From: Marsupella aquatica
Taxonomy: Eukaryota; Plantae; Marchantiophyta
Direction of reading: 5' to 3'
Assembly: GCA_973895155.1 (NCBI GenBank)
Contig: OZ316896.1
Location: 22,525,722-22,589,721, forward strand
DNA length: 64,000 nt
The translations under genes and the position numbers were made by a program. The notes beneath the pieces are model-generated. The model was not told the origin of the DNA and did not search any database. It saw nothing but the letters and a program-made list of their open reading frames with translations. Of the stretch, positions 52,939-64,000 are shown piece after piece (position 1 is the stretch's first letter; each line of letters begins with the position of its first letter).

Positions 52939-55900
52939 TGGACGATGCTGGCAAGGTGCAGGTGAAGCGATGGCTCTTTTCCTAAAGGAACGGAGCTGCC
53001 AATGCCCCGTGCAGCGGTATCATCATTTTTATGAAAGAAACAAGGGTCAAAGGTGTTGAATCAAGCTGCTGCCGATTCTATGGAAGGGCTGCGTTTTTCA
53101 TGAAGGAAATCGACAAATTTTGGGAGCTTTTCGTGAAGGAAGTAGTCATTTTTGGGGTCAGGTGTGAGGCGCACGAGGTCACCCATCCCGAAAGTGCTCC
53201 AATCGCGAGCATGAAGTCACCCATTGCAAGCGCAGGCAGGCGCAAGGTCAAGGTCACCCATCTCGGGGCTATTCCGGGCCGTGAGCGCGAGGGGAGGCAC
53301 GAGGTCGAGCGCGAGGAGGTCACCCATCCCGGGGCTATTCCTAGCCGCAAGCGCTTAACTGGCAAGTTCTCATCCCACCTTGTGTACACACAAGCATTCA
53401 CAACTTGTCGTTAAGATTCAAGCGCCAGGGGGCTTTATACACTTTGCGATTTGTTTAGAGGCTTATTCTAGGCCAAATCAGCGGTTCTTTTAAGGTTTTT
53501 GATAGTTCTGAGTTCATCTAAATACACAGATTGAACCAATTCTGCATGGTTTCTCATCTATAACATTGGAATATCATGAAGCCTATTATGAAGGCCTTTC
53601 ATTGAACATTATGAATATTTGTTTGATCAATGTGTGATCACTCTTGGTGTGGAGAGTTAGTGTTTGACTATTCTTGCTGATTGGATCCTCTCCACACTTG
53701 TTTCCTGTTTATGTGCCATGTTGGTTCGGTGTGGGCACTTGATTCCATAGGACTGATCCGGGTTTGCAACTGGACATTCTAGTGTGTTGTGTATTTCTTT
53801 CCTGATGATGTTGGAGTGATGCCCAACACACCATGGTGAGTGCTTGTGTTGCTGACAGGGACAAATTACCTTTAGGGTTAGTATATAGATTATGTTAGGT
53901 TGGTCACCACGGATTCTTCTGACGCTGCTGGGTTACCCGATGGACGACAGACCGGTTTCACTCGGAGTGGGGCGCAATTTTGGCCAACGATATTGGTAGC
54001 AGTTAGCAGTGCAGCTTCAGACATTCCGACGAGGACTCAGTAACCAGTTCTCCTCATCATCAGGTGGTTGCACCTTTGTTGTGGGATATGGACGGGATGT
54101 ACGAGGCTACTAAGGGCCCACGATGATACTCTGGTGTAGTTGGTACGATTGATCTGGATGACTTCATCGAGGAGTTTGATATGTGGTGCGATATGCAGAC
54201 ATTGCGTAACGCCACGTTGTTTATACCTTTCATGGCATGGAAGGGATTATTTCAGCATTTGGAGGGGCCACCCATGGATGACTACCATGAGTTTTGGAAG
54301 GCTCATTTGGTTGAGATTGAGGCATGGAGGCAGCATTGGTCGCCTAATTACGTGTCCATCACCTATGGCACTAGTGCGGCTGCCCAACCCATTGCCACAG
54401 CTGCTGCTTCTTCTAACAGCACTAGCCAGAGTGGCACACCATCCACCAGCAGCACTCCAGCAGCATCCACCGCTACTCCTGCCGGTGTGATTGTGACAGG
54501 GACTGAAGCTGCACCAGCATTTAACCCTGTGGTGGAATTCTTTGAGGTACTGAAGTAGAACTATTAGGGTGTGAGAACTAATAAGTTGAAGGGTCTCCAG
54601 GAGTTCCAGCGCAAGACTGGAGAGAGTCTACGTGAGGCATACACTCGTATGCACAGATTGATCACTATCACCAAGGGAGTGACAGAGGCTCAGGCAGTCC
54701 AATTCTGGAATGCAATTCTGGATAGAGAGTTGCAACGCAGAGTGAGAGATGTCACTCTGCTTAGGGATGCAGATCCCACATTAGCAGTTGTTTTTACACT
54801 TTCGAAGCGCATTGAGCTCAATATGGTGAATGAGAAGGTGGTGACTTCCGGATTTGCGAAGGAAGCACCAAAGGCTGCATCTACATCCACACCACAGCCT
54901 ACTATACGAAAGAGCCAGAGGGAGAAGCCTATTGCACAAGAGTCTACCAGCCAGAGACCTGTGCCCTCTTATGCTGGACAGCAGTCAGGATGTTGCACCT
55001 GTGGTGGGGATCATGCACAAAGATATTGCCCAAATCGCAGAGGATTAGGAGAAGCAGCAACACCTGATCAGTGACATTGTGATCACTATGGAGCTCCTAG
55101 ACACACCAAGGATAGGTGTTTCTCACTCCATCCTGAGTTACGGAGGGGAGGATCCCGTACACATGATCAGGGGAGAGGAGGAGGAGGTAGAGGTGGTGGA
55201 CGTGGTCATGGCATGCCACATGCAGGGAGACAGGGAGGTGACGCTGCCCCTGCTGTAACCATAGATCCAAAGTATGCTAAGATTGCTCAATTGGAGCAAC
55301 AACTAGCTACCATGGCTAGTTCCCAGGTGAGACCTACTTCTAGTGATGGGGCATCTACATCCTATGGACCTTCCATATCCCATGGTCCTTCCACATCTTA
55401 TGGAGCTGATGGAGACCTTGCCACCATGGGATTCATGTGTGGCACTGCACATATTGATGCATCAACAGCTTTGACACGTGGGGCAGCTAGCCAAAGCTCT
55501 TGAGCCCTGAGGAGCAGTAGTGGAGCTAGATCCACAGAGGGGGGATGCACGTTGGCAGACAAAGCTTCCTCAGTCTTTTACATTGTCAGAGACAGTTCAG
55601 ACTGCCTCTATGACCCGGTTCGGACAAACCCTGGCATGGGTAAGTTGGCAGAATCAGGTAGTGATGTAGTAGGGATGATAGGTACCCTGCTGGGGGCGGC
55701 TACTACCATAGTACGCACCCCATTATTTTCAGCGACAGACATGTTAAACTTGGGAGTTGGTCTTGCAGAAGTATTCAGATTGGCAGCTACACTCTGTGAG
55801 GACATTCCAATAGTTTCTTTGCATGCAGAAGAAACTTGCAGTGTTGAAGCAATGAAGACCATGCCACCTATTGCTACTAGTGAGACATGGCATGCAACAG

Positions 55901-56744
55901 CAACGAGGTTGGTGGATTTACCAGCACGCCCTGCATTTGAGAGGACTAGGTTTAAACCTAGTGTTGTGTCATTGGATAATCGGAGTGGTATGTTCCGATT
56001 AGTTGGGCCTTCTAGGGTAGTATACCAACCAGAGAGAGTGTTACTGGATACTGGTGCTCAGCCCTTGATGTTGGGTAAGTCTGCCATACGTGGATTGGGA
56101 TTGCATCCAGAGGATTTGGAGGATTGTCCCTTTTCCATTCAGACTTCATTGGGGGGATCTACACCTACACAGCACATTACCAGGAGACCTCTTGATTTGA
56201 GGATTCAGGAAGGTCATGCCACAGATAGCTCACAGATACAGGCGCAAGCTATTTTGACTAAAGCAGAGTCATATGATGTGTTGGTGGGATGTACAATGCT
56301 CTACCCCATGGGATTTATTCTTGATTTTTGGGAGGAATCAGTGTCATATAGACCTGATTGGTAGTCAGGAGATGCTCGATTGAGCAAATTTCCAATGAGA
56401 TTTAGTGGACCTGTGGGAGGCCCTAAATCCACACCATTGTCTTTGGCAGCATTCAGTGGTGTAATTGTTGGACCTGATGATTTGATTGAGGCCCGAATTG
56501 AGGGTAATGCGCATGCAGCAGATGTTCCACCATTGGAGGAGTCTCATGAGGAGCACATCATGCGAGGATTACCTGTTGGCAATGTTGTGCCACCAGTGTG
56601 GGGGCACTGCACAGGCCTTGCCACAGGCAACAGCACGATTGGTACATGATGCATGGCATCATGTTTTTACACCATAGTCAGGAGTAGAGCAGTCTCGTGC
56701 AGATGGACCTGTGACTCTTTCACCATTGGATACCACTCCTATTG

Positions 56745-57705
56745 CTTGGCAGTATCCACCGAAGGGTATTTGTTTGTTGGATCTTTTTGGTGGGATTAGC
56801 ACTGGATTGGCTGCTGTTCTTCAGGCAGGAATTCCTGTGCGTTGTTATTTGTATGTGGAGACAGATGAGACAGCACAGAGGGTCTCATTATGATATGTGG
56901 CTATGTTGGTGGATAGATATCCACAGTTGCTGCCAATGGATGCTATTCGTGGTTATCAACATGCACTACCTGCTGATATTTCATTGCTGGGGGCGGATCA
57001 TCTGCATTGTGTTGGCCCCATTGATTTGGTGATTGCTGGTTGGCCATGTCAGGCCAATCTAGAGCTGGCGTTGGGCATGGACTTCATGATCCACGCTTTG
57101 CACTGTTTTGGGAGATGTTACGGGTGCTGCGTCATCTCCAGCTACATCAGACACAGTCTCCAACATACATTTTGGAGAATGTGCCATTGTTAGGTGATGA
57201 TCGTAGTCGGATTGTTGCTAGGTTCACCAGGTGAGGTCTTGGATTGGACCTGTTGTGTTATTGGATGCTGCACGTGTAGGTTCTCGTGCACATCGTCCAC
57301 GCTTGTGGTGGACTAATTTGATCCCATGCGAGGTGTTGAAGCGCGTATTTGACAGCATTCCACGCTCACCAGCCTTAGTGGTGGATGATATTTTGGATCC
57401 AGGGCATCGTGCACAAGGTGTGACCCAACCTGATAGACCTCCATTGGCAGTGGTCAATGCAATTGGGCGCCCACGTTGTGCATTACCCACTCTTGTAAGC
57501 CACTCTGCTTCATATGCATTCAGAGTAGGTGGCCCTGGACTTGTGTGGGACACAGCTCTCCAGTAGCTAGTGGAGCCTACTGCTGATGAGAGAGAGCATC
57601 CTATGGGATTTTTGACTAGCACCACTATAGTTGCCTCTGTGTCAGAGGGTTTGCGGCGCCAGGTTCTTGGTCAAGCAATGGATTTGAATTGTTTGACTTG
57701 GATTA
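56745..57705 (+). pseudogene. C5 cytosine DNA methyltransferase domain within gypsy pol
   Basis: Motifs in canonical order: I LLDLFGGISTG, II YVETD, III ADI, IV AGWPCQ, VI ILENV, VIII SRAHRPRLWWTN, IX EPTADEREHPMGF, X LGQAMD; stops at 56891 and 57564, frameshifts near 57052 and 57231. Confidence 0.9.
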
Positions 57706-58633
57706 TTAGCTTGGGAGTAGCTGAACAGTTGCGGATGCGCTCTACGGGAATTACTGATTGTCCCTTGGTGAGCTTGCGATCCACTAAGACAGTACTGACC
57801 ACAACTGGGGGCGAGCAGACGGTCCATGGACCTATGGCAAGATTGGCCAAGGCTGGACAGATTGTTGAGCAGGAAGGGACTGCTCAATCTACTGCTAAAT
57901 AGGAATCATTGGCTATCTCTTCTACCCTACAAAGAGATATTAGGGATTTGGTGGAGAGTTGGAAACCACAGCTTGGCCTTAAGTTGACAGGGGAGGAGAG
58001 ACGTCGCATGCATCAATTCCTGAAGAGTTATTGGAATTGTTTTGCATTTAGCATGAAGGATTTGGGGACATTAAAGGGTCCTAGTATTCAGATTGAATTG
58101 GCTAGTGATGCGCCAATCTTTCGTAGACCATACCGTTACAGTGATATGGAGAGAGCTCTGATTCAAAGCAGAACTCAAGATTTGTTGGAGGCTGGATTGG
58201 TGGAGATTTCATATGGGGAGTATGCATCTGCCACAGTGATGCCAGCCAAGAAGGATGTGCATGGCAATTACACAGATAGGCGCATGTGTGGTGATTACAG
58301 ACCCATTAATCGCCAGACAAAATTTGATAGATATGCCATGCCCACACCTGAGGGGATCTTTGATGCTGTGGGGCATGCAAAGGTTTTCAGTTCATTGGAT
58401 CTGAGGGCAGGGTACCATCAGCTTCCAATTAGGCATGCTGATAGGTCCAAGACAACATTCTGGGGGATTGATTCTTATGGCAAAGATTGTTTGTATCAGT
58501 GGTTATTCTACCATTTGGGTTGAAGAATGCATCAGTTGAGTTCCAGAGAGTCATGGATCGAATCCTTGCAGGTTTGGATTTTGTCAGATGTTATATTGAT
58601 GATATTTTGGTCTATTCTTCTACTATGGAAGAA

Positions 58634-60121
58634 AGTGGTGGACCTAGCCACCCAGCGCCCTCACCAATCCTAGCACTCACGCCTAAGTGCCCCTGGTGCC
58701 TGAACGCCTCCACGGAATACCTTGAGCAAGCACCCTAGTGCCCCTTGCACCTCCAGCGGCCTCTCCCATACAAAGCCGCACTTGCTCTCCTACACGACCG
58801 TTACTCGACGGTCCTCACTGTCTACACAAGCCACCGCGTACCTCGGTAAGTAACCCTTCAGGATCTAGAACTCGCCAAGTCTAGCATCCTAACTCAAGCT
58901 CAACAGACGTTGGTAAATAGGTCAGTGATAGGTCCTCCCAACGCCATAAGCCGGAACCAGAACCCACGCCCACTGTCCATCCAGGACAGCTCCTCCCTTG
59001 GGCGTGGCCCGGGTTCCCCCTTGTACCTATCCATCACCAACTGACCGCCCTGACCTCAGGACATGCTCATGGCCCAATTAGCGTAGCTTGTCCTAAAGCT
59101 TGTCCCAAGCTTGTCTCAACACGCCGGGACCAGAACGGCCCCGACTCTGACACCGACTCCCGGTTTGCCCCCCTGATGGTCTAGGGACAGAGCGCCCTTG
59201 GGACTCAGCCTCCATACCTACTTGGCCTTGCCTCCCCAACGCAAGCTCCCATGGGAGGCTGAACGCGGCTTGGTTGCTGTTCGGCAAGATTTGGTAAATG
59301 GGCGAGCTAACACCCACAAATCACGAGAACCCATGGCACCCCAAGACTCAGCTGAGCTCAAGAGGGCGTAGCCCTCCTCAAGAGCTTTCCAACGCACCTA
59401 AGAAGTCCTCCAACGGACTTCCCGTTGGGAAGATATCGTCGTTTTCGTTTGGCAGTTTCCCTTAGTATTGCGACCGCCGCGACTCACGACTTCGGCTCGC
59501 CCTTAGCCCTCAGGGAGACACCACTCCCCTCATATATGCTTCTGGAGACCTGCCACCCCCGGACCAGCTTTGGTCCCTAAACATTTGGCCCCCAACCCGG
59601 ATCCCATCGCGCATAATGGGCGCGCCACCAACTGGCAATACCCATAACTTTCTTGATAGGCATCCACAAGCGGAGTGCCTTAGCCTGTTATGACCGGGCC
59701 GACCCAGTGCTCATGCCTAGGTCCTCAGGTCTGATAGCCGCTCGGGGCCTCCGACCGGCCCAACCCGGCTCGGGCCACAACTTGCACCCCGAGCATCCGT
59801 TGCCAACGGCGTCAACTCCATTGGCCTTGGGCCCGAGAGGAGCTCACTTCCAAGCCCTTAGAACTCAAAGCCCATCCAACGGTCCGGACGGCCATCCATG
59901 AGCCCGGCCCATCCCGACCAGCCATAGGCTAGTCCAAGTCCTTAGTTTGTGTCCCCAGCTTGGCCCCTTGCCTCGCCAGTGCCACGTCTCATTGCCCACA
60001 AGTCTCCCCATGCTAAGTCCTCCCCGGATGGCCTATCCGGGCCTGGACAATAAGGGAGCTCGGCGTCAGAGTTAGCGACGCCGGAGCTAAGTGTTAAGAT
60101 AGTCGAGTTCCGCGACTTGCA
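58634..60121 (-). mobile_element. 3' LTR (truncated) of chromovirus, preceded by polypurine tract
   Basis: Minus strand aaagggggg-t-TGCAAGTCGCGG at ~60131-60110; homologous to 26513-27961. Confidence 0.85.
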
Positions 60122-60555
60122 ACCCCCCTTTAAAATGGTCACGTCCGCGTGACCTAAGTAAACGTTCCAACAGGCCTAGACCACTTTGGGCCTTAACAAT
60201 TTTATGAGGTAACAAATGGTTTGCCCATAAGGCTGATGCAAACCAGGTTGGTATGTGCATTCCAAACTTAGGAAATTCCAACCTATCCCACTTATCCAAG
60301 TAGGATGCCAGTCCAAACGGGTAAGCTAACTCCAAACTCGTTGGACCCCTTGTCCTCCCCTTGGGGCGCTCCCCTTTGGTTTGAACTAGCCTACCCACAG
60401 ATGTAGGGCGGGCACCATCAACTTCCACTCGCAAAAAGCAAATCAGCCGCCCAACAACCTCTAGCCCCAACGCAATCCGACTTTATCCTTAAGAGGCCGA
60501 GAGGAGTGAAACTAGGATACAACTCACAAAGGTAGCTACAGTTGTCTATACCAGT

Positions 60556-63500
60556 TCACAACGGCGGTAGGCCGCTTCGCTTACGATAGCTTCCAAGGAT
60601 CTCTGAGGCATTACCCAAATTTTCTTCCGGTTCCCAAGTACTCTCGGCCTGATCGTAGCCAGCCCACTTCACCAAATACTCTAAGATTTCCCTTCCCAAC
60701 TTGCGTTTGTAACGGTGGTCCAGAATTGCCTCCACCTCAAACTCCTCAGCGTCCTCCACCAGCATGGCGTCCGAACGCAAGACCTGATCCCGGTTGGGAT
60801 CATCGTCTTTGACAAATTTCTTGAGCCGGCTAACATGGTAGCTTTTGCCCACGCCCATTTCCTTAGGTGTCTCCAACACCACCGAAACCGAATTATCCTT
60901 GTGGGCCCATCGTATGATGCGATAGGGCCCCGCATATCTGGGAGCCAGCTTCCTACTTATGTTCCCATGGTATTGCTCAGGTCTCAACTGCAACCAGACG
61001 CTCTCCCCAATTTCAAAGCTTACCTGGCGTCGATGTTTATCCCCTTGCTCCTTGTACCGACTTTGGGCAAGGGTCATACCCTTGGTAGCCGCTTCCACAA
61101 CTAGGCGCCTCTCTCGAATAAAATCATCCGTAGAAGGAACCTTGCTTTCCGTCCGCCAAGCTTCCGGATTTATAAACCAGGAGGGCGCCCTTGGCGTCCT
61201 CCCTGTGGCCAACACAAACGGCGCAAACCCCGTCGCCGAATGCTTGGTCGAGTTATACCTGAACTCGGCCATTGTTAAATGGTTCGCCCAATCCTTCTGA
61301 TTGGCTATCACAAAGTGACGCAAGTAGTCCTCCACGATACCATTGACCCATTCTGTTTGGCCATCTGTCTCATGATGATATGCTGATCCCCTGGTCAAGT
61401 CCGTTCTGGATAACCGGAACAACGCCTTCCAAAAATGGCCAGTGAACTTGGTATCGCGATCGGACAGGATATGCAATGGCAATCCCCATTGTCGGAAGAC
61501 ATTGTCAAATACTAGACTGGCAACTTCTCGGGCTGAAACCATCTTCGTAGTAGGCAAGAAATACGTCATCTTGGAAAAACGATCCACGATTGTTAAGATG
61601 GAATTACTGTCGTGGGACTCAGGTAATCCAACAATGAAGTCCATGGAGATAGACTCCCATGGAGCTGTAGCTACTGGTAAGGGTTGTAGTACTCCTCCTT
61701 TTGCCCTATAGACCGTTCGGTTCTTTTGGCATGAGTAACAACTTTGCACATGTTGGAGGACCGATTGCTTCATGTCCGGCCAATACACATCTCGCGACAT
61801 GCTGTGATACGTAGCGGCTTGTCCTCCGTGCCCTCCCCAGGGTGAGTCATGGTACTTTTGCAGAACCTCTAACCTTAGAGACTCTGGTATGTACACACGC
61901 CTCTGCTTGTATTGCCATAAGTGGACATTATGCGTCGTATCCAACGATACGTGCCTTACCTTGCCCCGGCTACCCCCATTGCTTTGCCAATCCTTAGCTA
62001 ACCTGTCATCCCCATACGCCGCGGCCAGAACCTTTGGCCACTCGGATTCGAGCATCGTGATCCCATTGACACGATGTTGGTCCTTACGCGATAACGCGTC
62101 CGCTGCCGTATTCGTCTTCCTTGGAACGTGGCGGACTTTGAAATCAAAATCCGCCAAGGACATCTGCCAGCGCATTTCTTTGGGGTTCAATCGTGGCTTA
62201 GAACTGAAATACTCGGCCGGCAAGCTATCTGTGTGGATTACCACTTTGAGACCGTTCTTAAGGTAAATCTCCTACTTCTTTAACGCATAGATCACAACAT
62301 ACATTTCCCTTTCCGCGCGTGATCCAATGATTTTCCAACTTACATGACTTGAAGGCCACAGGACGCCCATCTTGGTGAAGACAGGCGCCAATGGCATAAT
62401 CACTTGCGTCTGTCCAAATCTCTAACGGCTTCCCCATCTCAGGTAATTTTAGAACCGGCGGCATTATCATTAACCGCTTAAGCTCTAGGAATGCTAACTC
62501 GCAATCCTGTGTCCACACAAACACTTTATTTTTCAATGTTAGTGCATTTAGGGGCCTCACGATCCTCGCATAGTCTTTCATGTATCTCCGATAGAACCCC
62601 GTAAACCCTAAGAAGGCTCTAACTTGCCTTACATTGGACGGTCGCTCCCATTCTTTGATCTCTTTAAGCTTGTCCTGACTAGGCGTAATCCCTTCTGGGG
62701 TAAAGGTATGGCCGAGGAACTAAATCTCGTTCATCGCAAACTCGCACTTGCTAGGTTTAGCAAAGAGACGAGCCTTACAAAGGCGAGAGAACACTTCTCT
62801 GAGCAACTGCTCATGTTCCTCCAACGTTTTCGAGTAGATTAGGATGTCGTCAATAAAGACGACCACTCCTTGGTCCGACAAGTCATGGAAGATGGTATTC
62901 ATCATCTTCATGAAGGTTGCAATTGCGTTACACAACCCGAACGGCATAACCAAAAACTCATAGGATCCGAATCTTGTGCACATTGCGGTCTTATACTCGT
63001 CTCCCTTAGCCATGCGGATCTGGTAATACCCGGACCGCAAGTCCACCTTTGAAAACTTCCTAGCCCCGGAGAGGCAATCGAAGAGGTCATCCATATGAGG
63101 CAACGGGTACTTGTTCTTTATTGTTTGCTTATTGAGCGCCCGGTAATCTGCGCACAATCTCAAAGTACCATCCTTTTTGGACACAAACAGTGCGGGCGCC
63201 CCGTAAGGACTCTTACTGGGGCGAATGAACCCTTGGTCAATCAACTACTCCAAGGCGTTCTTTAACATCATTCGCTCGTTCAGGTTCAGACGATAAGGAG
63301 CTTTATCAATCTATTCATTAAAAGTGAATTATTATTCAATTTATGAACATTTGGGCAATAGAAAATGTACATTTGGCCTTCAAAAAGTGTACAATTAGGC
63401 AAGAAATAAATATGATGGCCATCAGATGTACCACCATGTTCATCATTTGTAAATGAACTAGGATGAGACTCCTTCTAGTCAAGATCATTTTTGTCACCTC

Positions 63501-64000
63501 AAGTTTTCAATTGATCATTTAGGTGTAGAGTATTATACCATAGTGTACCTTTTTGGTTTAAAAAGTGTACATTTAGAGACCAAAAAGTGAACATTTAGAG
63601 GCCTAAAAGTGAACAAAATAAAATACACTTTTAATGACTAGGGTGATCTTTAGCCTGAGGAGCCGATCCCGGCTCCAACTCAACTTGGTGATCCACTTCT
63701 CTCCGCGGGGGTAAACCTCTAGGTAGCTTCTGCGAGAGCACGTCGTTGAATTCCTCTAAAATTTCAGGAATTCAACCGCAGTCGGGCCCGACCTTAGCTG
63801 ACTTGAACTTTGGCTGCGACGGAGCCTCCTTAGTTGGGTGGAGATGAAAGAAGAAACATTCATGTCCACCCTTGAAGTCTTTCCACCATTGCTTCGCCGA
63901 TACACACGGAGACATCCACGACACTTTACTTACTTTAAGAAATCTTTCTTTATTTTCGGTAATTTCGTGTACAACGATGGGCTCACCGCCCTTATTGGGA
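60556..64000 (-). mobile_element. Ty3/gypsy chromovirus pol (RT-RNaseH-integrase-chromodomain), disrupted
   Basis: [56 protein letters not shown], chromodomain FEVEAILDHR...YLVKWAGY...TWEPEENL; stop, frameshift and MITE insertion. Confidence 0.95.
63305..63647. mobile_element. MITE, 343 bp, 22-bp TIRs, 4-bp TSD CTTT
   Basis: Left ATCAATCTATTCATTAAAAGTG vs reverse complement of right ATCACCCTAGTCATTAAAAGTG (19/22); CTTT on both flanks; removal restores pol APQAKAPYRL. Confidence 0.9.

Larger units (their letters stand above)
52260..58633 (+). mobile_element. Degenerate Ty3/gypsy retrotransposon: gag-protease-C5 DNA methyltransferase-RT (3' truncated)
   Basis: Gag with CTCGGDHAQRYC knuckle; VLLDTGAQ protease; MTase motifs; RT motifs RPYRYS, RMCGDYRPIN, LDLRAGYHQ, PFGLKNA, YIDDILVYS. 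The 5' non-coding part (52260-53900) is assigned by position only. Confidence 0.85.

Noticed and set aside
56745-57705. Bacterial restriction-modification contamination
   Set aside because: The MTase is continuous with gypsy protease and RT and shares their decay pattern.
26372-60121. The two homologous LTRs as ends of one 34 kb element
   Set aside because: The pol lies outside them (right of 60121), so the left copy is an independent solo LTR.

Overview
Intron-containing plant-type nuclear DNA. The hydrolase-NB-ARC-LRR gene and a TTTAGGG tract suggest a bryophyte, probably a liverwort (inference). The window holds two copies of a ~9 kb duplicated unit carrying a minus-strand alpha/beta-hydrolase-NB-ARC-LRR (HNL) immune receptor with three extra C-terminal exons. 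Copy 2 (37467-29898) splices into an intact six-exon ORF of ~1796 aa. Copy 1 (7368-339) is a pseudogene with two deletions, one filled by telomeric repeat. A stand-alone three-exon hydrolase-domain gene (46811-48259) lies divergently. The rest is transposon-rich: an intact-looking PIF/Harbinger, MULE-like and Kolobok/Mutator-like remnants, a Helitron, solo LTRs, and a nested series Copia, Ty3/gypsy, chromovirus, MITE. The most striking element is a Ty3/gypsy retrotransposon with a full set of C5 cytosine methyltransferase motifs between protease and RT. All calls come from manual reading; no searches were run.
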